DNA of 63,950 bases, counting the filler, from Basidiobolus ranarum (lineage: Eukaryota), in NCBI GenBank assembly GCA_040143965.1. It is 10 parts of 10 records of this genome, joined end to end, with 100 filler letters (N's around TTAATTAATTAA, not from the genome) between each part and the next. Parts side by side here need not be neighbours in the genome. Positions count along the whole stretch, not along the records: positions 12,840 to 19,155 come from JASJQH010001345.1; positions 19,256 to 25,570 come from JASJQH010001346.1; positions 25,671 to 31,983 come from JASJQH010001347.1; 7 more parts are not named here. One strand, 5' to 3'. Positions within the stretch are counted from its first letter, which is position 1; each line of letters opens with the position of its first letter. Positions 15,130 to 26,000 of the stretch are shown piece by piece. Below the pieces are notes generated by a model. It made no database searches. It saw only the letters and a program-made list of their open reading frames with translations, and was not told where the DNA came from. A program made the translations under genes and the position numbers.

Positions 15130-16287
15130 ATCTTGAAGTATTTTAGTTGGTGAATATTAAAAACAACCTAAATTTGTGAAGAGTTTTCTTAATCATATTG
15201 CTTCTTTTGTTGCTTCACTGGCAGCCAGGTATTCAGCTTTTGTTTTTGAAAGTGCCCTTGCATGTTGTTTCTTTGAATTCCAAGAAATAGCTCCATTACA
15301 GCAAATAAATAAGTATTCTGTTGAGATCTCCTGTCATCAATATCTATTCCCAATTTGTATCTGAATATCCCAACAGATCAAAGTTTGATAGAGAATGAGT
15401 ATTTAAGCACTGATCTATAGTGCCTTTCCAATATCTAAAATCTACTTAACTTTTATGATTTAATCAGATCAGTTATTTCAAAGATATTGGCACATACTCC
15501 TACAAAATATGCAATAGCTGGCCATGTTCCAACCATGATATACATCAAACTACCAACCATAGATTGATAAGGAAATTTCTGGCTCTCATTTGAAACCATA
15601 AATGTCTGATTTGAGCCATTTTTGGTTAAGTTCAGATTTATCTCCATTAGGGTAGATATGGAATTACATTCTTCCATTGTAAACTTCTTTTTTATATCTA
15701 GGATATACTTAGACTGGTTCAAATTCATTGTTTTGGCAGTTCTATCTAATGTAATTTGGTTTCAAAGATAGTACTTTATTTCACCAAGATCAGTCATTTT
15801 GAACATGGCAGATAAGCTGGACTTGGTTTTCTCCAAAGTCTTCACATCACTGGTTGCTATTATTGTTAAAGTATTTGGGAGCCTGTTGGAAGTGGTTTGG
15901 AGAATTAGAGGAATGGGCCTCTTTTACAGTCTGGGGATCATGTATTTTAACTGTGAAGCCATAGGCCCATGTTTGGGATTCATAGCTAAAGTAATTGAGG
16001 CTATTTCTGATCTAATTTGACCTCCTGGCTTGGGATAAAGATACTACAACTTCTGGCATTGCATTGAGCACTTCAGTAGGCAAAATTTTAGTTGAAGGGT
16101 CCACAGCAATGCTACTTTCCTTATTGGTTTGGTTTGAATCAATTTGAATAATTGGATCAGGAGAAATTTGATTTTTGTCATCACATGGGGTCATTTTGGA
16201 TGAAAATTTGCATGTTCATTAATTGAAATATCTCCAGACTTGATTACCTTGGAAATTTTTACTTCACAGAGTTTGTGGCCTTAGTCT
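15130..16287 (-). mobile_element. Degenerate Ty1/Copia pol (RT/RNase H) with a 50-bp LTR-end fragment at ~15864-15914
   Basis: KMTDLGEIKYYL, LNQSKYILDI, FPYQSMVGSLMYIMVGTWPAIAYFVG and ISWNSKKQ pieces with stops and frameshifts. Confidence 0.85.
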
Positions 16288-16862
16288 TGTTGAAATTAGG
16301 ATTGCCTAAACACCTATATAGTCATTAAAATTCACTAAGACATTGTCTATTATTATTAAGCAGAGTTTACTTAGAATATATTTACCAACTTGGAAGTTCT
16401 CAGATGTATACATTTTTCAAATGTGTGCTAGAAGCCACAAGCTTTGCACACATGTAACTGGGACCTTCCTAAGCATATTCTACATTTTAGTTTGTTTACA
16501 TTGTGACAAAACTACAAATGTCAACTTTCTACTCAATAAATCAATAAGTGAAAAACCACCAATTCCTCTAGTTCTTTAAACCACTTCCAACCGGTTCCAA
16601 AACTTGAACAGGTTATGAGCCTCTAGCTTGTAGTCTCTGTAATGTCTACTTCTCAATTTATGCAACTTCTCCTTCCTCTGAAAAACTGGATGGAATCAAT
16701 TATCAAGTTTGGAAAATTAAAATAAAAATGCTGCTGCCAGAAAAAGGACTTTGGGACACTGACGTAGAAGAAGAAAACAATGCAAAACAATCTGAAAACA
16801 AAGTTTTGCTCCAGGTTAAAAATGAACAAAGTGCCTTTAACACCATTTGTCTTACTGTTAGC
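16288..16862 (+). mobile_element. Copia 5' LTR (16288-16610), PBS GGTTATGAGCC (16611-16621) and gag N-terminus, interrupted by a CACTA insertion
   Basis: TGTTG...AACA ends; Ty5/copia-type internal-tRNAiMet PBS; EKLDGINYQVWKIKIKMLLPEKGLWD gag motif. Confidence 0.85.
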
Positions 16863-18349
16863 TCTAACAAAATAAAATCAAATTGATCCAGATCAAATCC
16901 ACCCTCCAAAATAGCAAAACCATTAGAGAACCATCACAATATTGATGGCTTGCATTCTGCCAAGGATTTTGATGGTGTGATGGCAGTTTCTTGATGGTAT
17001 TTTGACAATATTCATAAATGTATAATATTGATCCTCAAATTTGGCATGTGTTATTCAATATCTGGCAATTTTTGCAAAAAAATAATTTTTGAATGGCAAA
17101 TTACTGTGTTTACTGCGGTACAAATTTGAATTAATACGCATGCCTTTATTTAGCTATTTTGGGATTTGTATTCTAGCCATAATGAAAATCAAAAAATACA
17201 AGAATCTTGTTATGTGTAGTCTCTACATATGCACATACTTTACTGATTAGACATAACTAAACAGCAACAATATGCTTTACCAGCAAACTAATGGTGGAAA
17301 AGTTGCTAAACATCTGAAATTTTCAATAGCACCTACACTTGGCATATAGCTGACTCTTGTTACTGTTCACAATGAGAATAAGCTCTTGGATTTTGGCAAA
17401 TTTCCTTAAGAATTCAGCCAATATATCCCCAATGTGCAGTCAACCAATGTCCCACCACAAGTAGATATGTCATTGCCTGACTAGATTACCTCATGGCTAA
17501 AACAACAATACTGCATATGTTGATCTCTCTCACCAAGAAGTCTGTCTTGCAGCTTGCCAAAAAATACCATCAGATATTTGCACAGGCAAATTAGTCCAAA
17601 TAGAGATGTTCTTACTCTGTATCCATGGATTGGGCCTTGTTGCTGTTATCATGCTGAAACAATGCAAAAAGCCATGAGTAGATTGAAAAGAGCCATTTAT
17701 TGACAGGTAAATATACTCTGGAGTCTCTTTGACCCAACACATTTCACCCATCAATGATTTTGCTAATACATTGTTAATCAGATTAACATATGGAAATACT
17801 GAAAATTTCACAAGGAGCATCATTTCACCACAGGTGCACTCCTTTGGGAACTCCCAGAATGTATAGCAAGAGTCTATAATCTCTAAGCATTTTGAAAGAT
17901 GCAGCTGGGAATGTATTGAATATGGGCATAGATTCAGCCTATCTTCTTTAAATCTGTAATAAAGTTTTTCATATCCAATTACAAAATTTTTGCACAGTTG
18001 CTGTATCTGCCTGAGATCTGCCAATGTGAGTTGATGCCATAAGAATATATTAAAAATATTGACAAACAACTCCCAATGTTGCCAATACTAATCAGGCAGA
18101 AATCTTTTCAGAATTGCACTTCAATATATACAAATCCAATACTTTCAGTTTTTGCATTTGTGTAATGCCAAGATGAGTGGAAATTGATGGAAGTCCTGAT
18201 AAAATATTATGGTATCTTGATGTTTTCAAGCATTTTTCCAATCAATTCACACTTTGATCCTATCTCAAATGGCTCATTCATATTGAATTTTCCACTATAT
18301 AGCTGAGAAAGTAGTGTTGGAATGTAGTTGAAAAGTAAGTGTATAGTGC
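16862..18349 (-). mobile_element. CACTA/En-Spm (CMC)-like DNA transposon relic, copy A, with transposase pseudogene
   Basis: FVIGYEKLYYRFKEDRLNLCPYSIHSQLHL...FWEFPKECTCG and HLLFNYIPTLLSQLYSGKF resemble fungal CACTA transposases; CTCTA terminus; subterminal CCATCA/TGATGG repeats. Confidence 0.75.
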
Positions 18350-19080
18350 CCCTAGCAAATATAAAATTGATTTGATCTAGATCTGATCCATCTTCCAAAA
18401 TAGCAAAACCATCAGAGAACCATCACAATATTGGTGGCTTGCATTCTGCCTGGGATTTTGATGGTGTGATTGCAGTTTCTTGATGGTATTCATACTTGTT
18501 AATATATTGACATTCAAATTTAGAATGTATTATTTATTATTGGGCAATTCTTGCAAAAATATGATTTTTGAATGACAAATTACCAGGTTTACTGCTGTAG
18601 GAATTTGAATTAATATGCATGCCTTTATTTAGATATTTTAAGCTTTGTATTCCTGCCATAATGAGAATCAAAAGATACAAGAATCTGGTTGTGTTTAGTC
18701 TCTACATATGTACATATTTGACTGATTAGACATAACTCAACAACATCAATATGCTTTACCAGCAAATTAATGGTGGAAAAATTGCTTAATATCTGAAATT
18801 TGGAATAGCACTGACACTAGGCAAATAGCTGACTCTTGTTATCATTCACAATGAGAATAAGCTCTTGGATTTTGACAAATTTCCACAAAGAATTCAGCCA
18901 ATATATCCCTGACTTGCAGTCAACAAATGTCCTGCCACAAGTAGATGTGTCATTGCTTGAATAGATTACCTCATGGTTAAAGTACTAATACTGCGTATAT
19001 TGATCTATCTCACCAAGAAGTTTGTCTTCCAGCTTTCCTAAAAATACCATCAGATTATTACACAAGCAAATTAGTTCAGA
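18350..19080 (-). mobile_element. Second diverged copy (B) of the same CACTA-like element end
   Basis: ~720 bp colinear with 16862-17600; begins CCCTAGC. Confidence 0.8.
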
Positions 19081-19155
19081 TAACAGAGGTACAGCTCCAG
19101 CTGATCCCCTTTTGCAATATAATCTCAGGCTTATGGCAAATACCAAGTTTGATAT

Positions 19156-19255
19156 NNNNNNNNNNNNNNNNNNNNNNNNNNNNNNNNNNNNNNNNNNNNT
19201 TAATTAATTAANNNNNNNNNNNNNNNNNNNNNNNNNNNNNNNNNNNNNNNNNNNN
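19156..19255. other. Artificial contig linker
   Basis: N44-TTAATTAATTAA-N44. Confidence 0.99.
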
Positions 19256-19270
19256 GATATAATACTGTAG

Positions 19271-21017
19271 GCACCAGCACTTGGTATCCGGTTCTCAAAA
19301 CGGTGGGGCACCTACAGCACCATCACGAAAGTATTTTACTGGCTAGCTTGTGTTTGGACATTTTCGGTGATTATCGTGTATTTTATTCGAATGGTCCCGT
19401 TAATGATTATCCAGATCATCAAAGGACTGCAGCCAGGAAAACAAGAAAGTTTCAAAACCAAACTCGAGCACTTTAACGCTGTTAAATCCTATTTCCATTT
19501 TGTATTGATCATGGCATTTTCCTCGGGATCTTTCTATATTTTTTTCCCCAATCTCTATAGTGAGGGAAATGGATCTACAATGAATTTCTTCCGAGTTCTA
19601 CTCTGCTTCCTTGTTGCTGCTGGGCTTCTGTTCATCGAGAAGTTGCTCTTGCACTTGGTTGCCTATCGATTCCATAGAATAGCCTATAAAGATCGTATGG
19701 CCGAAACCAAGTACGCGCTTCAGGTTTTGGACCGTCTTCGAGGAGCTAAACGCAACCATCATCGCGGCTCAATGCCCGATGCCAAAGATACGTATGCTCA
19801 GCAATCAGATAGATCGCCCGATATAGATCTCAAGGATTATGGTGAGGTGGATACTGATATTAACTCTCAAAGTCGGGCTCGTAAACTTGCCAAAAAGCTC
19901 TTCGGAGCTCTCCAAAATCAGCGACAATTTTTGATAATGGAGGATTTTGTCCCCTATTTCAACAATCCCAAAGAAGCGGAGAGAGCGTTCACGCTATTTG
20001 ATAAAGATGGGAATGGGGACATTAGTAAACGTGAAATGAAAGACATGGTCATCTACATCTACAAAGAGAGAAAATCGCTGATGATCGGTGTACGCGATAT
20101 GTCCCAGGCTGTTGGAAAACTTGATCGGATTTTCCTTGTCTTTGCCGCGATCGTTCTGTTCATCGCCTGTTGTATGTTGTTTGACAATGGTATTGTCAAA
20201 ACCCTGATTCCTCTTGGTTCCATGTTCTTGGCGTTGACCTTTGTATTTGGTACCACCGCTGCCTCTCTTTTCAAGTCCATTATTTTTGTCTTTGTTACGG
20301 TAAGTCTCTTTCACCATATTTACTGCGAGATGCGTGCTTATTCCTTTTCTTCGTAGCAACCATACGACGCTGGTGATCGTGTATTTGTGGACGGGAATAA
20401 TTTAAAGGTATTCAAGGTTGGTTTACTCAGCACCATCTTTGTCAAGTCAGATGGACAGATGATCTATGCACCTAACGAGGTGATGTGTACCAAATTCATC
20501 CACAACATCCGACGCTCCTCTAACCAGAGCGAAACCATAGGTACTGAATTCTTGAATCAATCCATTTTTACACCCACCAGATACTTACCACTCACTTCTA
20601 GAACTCGAGATTGATTTTTATACTCCCAAGTCTAAGATTATGGAGCTGGAGGAGCGTATCAATCGGTTTTTGCACGCCAACTCTCGTGATTACAACCCTA
20701 GCATTAAAGTTCACATTGCCGAGATGACCAGGACGAATCTAATGAAGTTGTATTTCTTCATGGAGTATAAAGGGAATTGGCAGGATGGTGGTCGCCGTTG
20801 GGAACGTCGTACACGTTTTATGTTTGCTCTACAAGAAAGCATCATCGAGATTGGTATCAAGTATTATTTACCAACTCAACCCGTGCATTTGCATAACACC
20901 ACTGCCTCTGAGTTCCTTGGTAATCGTGATATGTACAACCACGACACCGCACATCGAGCAGACTTTTCTATGGCTTCACCAGCTTATGCCAACTCTCGGC
21001 CCTTGGATCTGGAATAG
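19271..21017 (+). CDS. MscS-like mechanosensitive channel with EF-hand (Msy1/Msy2 type), 5'-truncated; exons 19271-20299, 20357-20540, 20602-21017
   Basis: FHRIAYKDR, EF-hand FDKDGNGDISKRE, AVGKLD, IIFVFVT|QPYDAGDRV, YAPN, NIRRS and KGNWQD motifs. Confidence 0.93.
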
Positions 21018-21701
21018 TTCGTTTCATCGATTGAAACCTTTTTAAAAATCAACGAATTCTACCACCAACATCCCTTTACCCTGCTCAGGAGAATAATACT
21101 TTCTGGCATGTGGTAGATTTATAACTAGTAATATCGGTTCGCATTTCTCGTGTAACTTCTTGATAGAGCTTCCTCCGATGCCATCATGGAATACATGATC
21201 TCTGATCGGATCACTCATTCGGTTTCCTACGCCAACACTCTTCACCTAGGTTTAGGTCACTCCTCACTATACCTGCATCCACTCTCTACAATTACCGTGA
21301 CTGTACACCAACAACCAAAACCCATCATTTTCTAGTAGCTTTGAGGAGAGTGCAGAGAGACACTTGGATTGGATGTGTTAGTTAAATTGAAAATGGTCTC
21401 TCATGCCAATGATTCAATCAGAACTTCCGTTTGACGAATAAAACTGGAGATTTGATTAAACTTTGATTTTGTACTATTCATAATTGATATACAGTGTAAG
21501 GTGGGATGGGGTAAGGGAGAGGAGAATCGAGAAGCCATATGAGGCGGTACCATAGAGCACCCAGTCCCATTCATTTACCAGGACATACATGTTTATATAT
21601 TGATGGTGCAGTAGTAGCTCTTATTGCCAGGGAATGAATTTTTGATGGTCACAAAATACATTATGTAAATATCTAATTAAGAGAACAGTCTTTTCTTGCA
21701 A

Positions 21702-22195
21702 TCAAGTAGGCCTATGTCTATCCATATGTTTCGTTAGATTCACTCTTCTAGTATACCCTTTATGACACCCAATGTATGGGCAAACGTAGGGTCTAGTCCC
21801 GGTATGAGTGCGTTGATGTCGAGTTAATGACGATGACTAGATAGTGGAAGTTGTTCAGCAAATTATAATCAATTGGGTTGCTCTTGCCTCAACATGGATT
21901 CACTTACATCGATGAATGACTTCAGGCATCCTTTAAAATCACAGGTGTGGGGCTTCTCTCCAGTGTGAATCCGCACATGGATGGTTAGGGTTGACCTCTG
22001 GGTAAAAGCCTTCTGACAAATGGCGCATGAGAATGGCCTTTCACCGGTGTGGATTCTGGTATGTCGGAGATAGTCGGTTTTCCTTGAGAATCCTTTGCCA
22101 CAGTGGCACACAAATGGTTTGATCTGAAAGAGATTCTTGCTTTCAAAGTGGTCTGTGTTGAGAATTTTACAAATTTCCATCTTTCCTACTTTCAT
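21702..22195 (-). CDS. Small C2H2 zinc-finger transcription factor (4 fingers); intron 21837-21907
   Basis: HTGERPF, HTGEKPH and HTGTRPY linkers; spliced exon 2 [11 protein letters not shown]...KHMDRHRPT*. The start may be 22180; probable 5'UTR intron ~22226-22320. Confidence 0.9.
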
Positions 22196-23916
22196 ACGTA
22201 TTGTTCGCTATTTCTTAACTTGGATCTGGTGTACAAGGGAGTGTGTACAAAGCAGCTCGAAGATTTGATGTCAAGAAGAGTGGAAAGATAAATTGAAGGA
22301 TTGAAATAGTGATGCTCACCCATTGAGTGATTCCCGATCAAGTACTTATAAGTTCGTCCCTCCACCTTCCAGCCATCCATCGCTGCGTCAATGATGGATG
22401 GTCCGATCTCCACTTTCTTCGATCGATCGATGTTAGATGTGCTGGTAGTGGCAATAGAGAGGATACTAATCCAGGATCAAGTAAATCCATGAATTTCCAT
22501 TACACGGCCTGTGCATCCTTAGCAGTTCCTCAGGGTGGATCATGGCTAATGAAAACTGGCTATATATCTCCTAAACAAAACAACAGAGCAGAGTAGACTA
22601 TCTCTTTGCTGACGTGATGGATTAAATCTGCACCGTTAGACATTCTAATGAAGGAATTTCTGCCATTCCACAAACATCCCACCTCGCACTAAGCTCGATC
22701 ATCCTTCCCTCCTCATCTCTCAGGAGGGCGCACACCATGGACCGAGTTTGCAAAGCCACAGTAAAACCATTTGGGATACCACTGAGTGTACTTAAAATCT
22801 AGTGCCTTCCAGAGCTTGCACCACTCTAACAATATCTATGCTCAAATCACTTCTGAAACTGATTGAACTCTCTGCCACGTAGTTCATCTACATATCATTT
22901 CACATTTTAACTCACTTGAACTTTCAACTTGGATCCTAATAAAAAGCATACAAATTAGGAAGAGAGACAAGGGGTACGATGCTACACTAAAACGTAAATC
23001 TAACGGACGCAGTACCATGGCTAAACTGAGATTCTTATGGGGGATACAAATGAAGAATCCTTTAACGTTGACTCTCTGAACTAACCAAACGAGGGCAGAT
23101 GTATGTATTAAAGAGCTGAAACCAATTTATGTAACTGGGTCGAATTTTTTAATATGACGAATGATGAGTCTCGGGATATGCAGGAAGCTTATAGTTTTAA
23201 TGAGTATTATTGGTGATATAACTACTGATAATATTCACTCTTGGTCCTACTGGATGGCCAGTATGAGGAGGAGCTGATGTGCTAAGCAGTTTTAAATACG
23301 ACTCCCTCAAGGTCGAGTATGCATCGTGTTGCCACCTGCATTTCCGTAAGATGTCAATCAACTAGTCAAACTCCGCATGGCGTACACCGGCAAAGGAGCC
23401 AACATCCCGTTTTGAACATCGATGGAGTGCTCTACGTAACCCCGTAGAATAAGGGGGTCTAAAGACCATGTTGATTCTGGAATATAATGAACTGGTTTGA
23501 TTCGGAAATAGAATGTTCCTAGTTCAGATCAACGCCTTTTAGAGGTGATCGATTGCGTTGATGTGGACTGCTTTTACAGTCACAGTGGTAGATGAGTGAC
23601 ATATAGAATTATTAAGTCGCAAGCCGCTTAAGCCACTTACAAATCGTTATATGAGCACCACCACCATTACGAATCCATCTCGGAAAAATGATCCTCAGAT
23701 AAAGCCAACTAATAATTCAGTTCTTTAGTAATCATTATGACATAAAATCAATTCAATCTTACCAATGAAATCCTAAAGCATCCACAGGAATTACATCTAT
23801 TATTTGCTTATTCAGCTTCTAGACTTATTCCATGAATATTAAACATAAAAGCGAAGAACCATGCTGAAGAAAACTTAGATTCTTGGATCAGTTCTTTATC
23901 AACTACTATCTTTACA

Positions 23917-24721
23917 ATGCTTGAAACCATATACATCACTAGACACGGCTTCCGTCAAGACTGGGTTACTGAACATGCACTTTCTCCAACTAAGCTACCA
24001 CAAGACCCACCTCTCGCCGAAATTGGACTCCAACAAGCACAAGAACTGTCAGCCAGATTAGCTAACGAGAAGATTGACGCCATTTACAGTTCCCCTTTCT
24101 ATCGTTGTCTTCAAACCGTGACACCAGTAGCCGAAAAAGCTGATTGTCCCATTAAGGTTGAATATGGCATGTCGTAAGTAAACTAAGATACTTTTTCGAC
24201 CTTTTCAAAGCACTTTTCTCATCGATAAAAACTTTTGTAGCGAGTGGTATGGTTTAACCCATGAACAATATCAACCTCCTGCCCCGCTGAAAGAACTCAA
24301 AGGATATTTCTCTCATATTGATGATACTTATACCTCCATGATAGCTCTTCCCACCGGAAAGGAAACTACCCAGGATTGTCATCTGCGTAGTAAAGCTCTA
24401 ATTGAAAAGCTAGTCACCGCTTTAGACCAAGATCCTACTCAACCCAAGACTGTCCTACTCGCTGGCCACGCTGCAACCGTCATCACTGCTGGTAGAGCTT
24501 TACTAAATGATCCAGATGCGTATATTTACTCAGGTACTGCTAGTCTCAGTCAATATACACGTGATCCCAAAACCAACAAATGGACCATGGTCTTGAATGG
24601 CTCCACTGATTACCTAAGCATGGGTGAACAGCGCAGCTGGATGTTCCATGATGCACCTGGCACCACAAATTATGAGGTAAACAAGGAGAAGATCGCAACA
24701 ATTGATAAAAATGAACAGTAA
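23917..24721 (+). CDS. Histidine phosphatase / phosphoglycerate-mutase-family protein (Tfc7/tau55-like); intron 24174-24240
   Basis: ITRHGFRQDW, DPPL, YSSPFYRCLQT, SEWYG and LLAGHAAT motifs. Confidence 0.9.
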
Positions 24722-25083
24722 AGGAGGATCACTTGACAAACCTTTATTTACTCGAAGCAAATAAATCCTTCACGTTATGTCATGACTTGAACAAGGTCTT
24801 CCAATAGTTAGAAAACGGAAAGTTTATACGTAAAGTAGACCAATTTGGTTTGTTTTGGACATAAAGTAATCCCTCAATAAAAATGATTCCAAGATTCTGT
24901 CTAATTTTCGGTGCACCAAGATGGTGGAGGTGGTATTTGTAACTGTGTAGGATAACAGTGAATACGATAAAAACGCGGATGGATAATAACACAATTGTGG
25001 GGAGAGGGAAATTTAACACAAAAAAACGGAAGTATGTGTAGAAGGACAAAGGGAATTACGAGCGAAACAAAAAAAACGTTTGT

Positions 25084-25570
25084 TTATTGTTCCATATCTC
25101 GGAAGTAGGGATGAGAAAGTGCCTTCTTTGCTGAAATACGGAGAGCAGGGTCAAAAGTAAACATTTTCTGTGAAAAAGGATGAGCTTATGTTAGTAGGAA
25201 TCGTCAAGGGCAGTCTTCTTGCACAACTTACTTGAAGAAGATCAACGCCGAGAGGGTCTAAACTGGGCACAGCCTTAGCCAAAGATTGTCCTTTCCATTT
25301 GGGAAAACTAGGTTTGTAGTCAGGGAGGTTAGTGACACCAGGCCACTCTTCCTCGGTAGGTGTACCTAGCAAACGGAAGATTTTGAAAAGCTCGTCGAAT
25401 TCGGAATCGCCTGGTAGATACGATCATTTTTAGCATTTCAATATTGGTAGATGAATGGTTAAAATAACTTAAAATACCTGGGAACAGTGGGCGTCTATTC
25501 ACCATTTCGGCAAAAATGCAGCCTACACTCCACATGTCGACACCAGTAGCATAATGCTTGGATCCTAAAA
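25084..25570 (-). CDS. CDC2: Cyclin-dependent kinase Cdk1/Cdc2, C-terminal three exons (5'-truncated)
   Basis: [51 protein letters not shown] and [13 protein letters not shown]. Confidence 0.9.
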
Positions 25571-25670
25571 NNNNNNNNNNNNNNNNNNNNNNNNNNNNNN
25601 NNNNNNNNNNNNNNTTAATTAATTAANNNNNNNNNNNNNNNNNNNNNNNNNNNNNNNNNNNNNNNNNNNN
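25571..25670. other. Artificial contig linker
   Basis: N44-TTAATTAATTAA-N44. Confidence 0.99.
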
Positions 25671-26000
25671 GGAATATTGAATTTGTTGAGAAACACTGAG
25701 AAGTGTTGTGATCCTATATTTGTTGAGACACACACTAAATCAAAAGGTTCAGTTAGCTTTATTTATACTTTGTGATAGCAAAGTGAATTAGTTAGTGCCA
25801 AGATATTAGATGACTAATTCTGATAGAAGAAAATGTGATTGGATAGATAGATAGATAGATAAGTGAGTCATGCATCAGCTGAAGTCTTGGTAGTGAAAGA
25901 CCATTGGTTATGAATTTTGTGACTCATATTGACTTGTGTCTAGGCAGATGACTCAGAGGTTAATACTGACCTAGCCTTTACATAGAAACTATCAAATATG
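25671..26000. repeat. CpG-free repeat relic (possible LTR fragment) containing a (GATA)n tract at ~25842-25861
   Basis: No CpG; short internal direct repeat TTTGTTGAGA; GATA tetranucleotide run. Confidence 0.35.
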
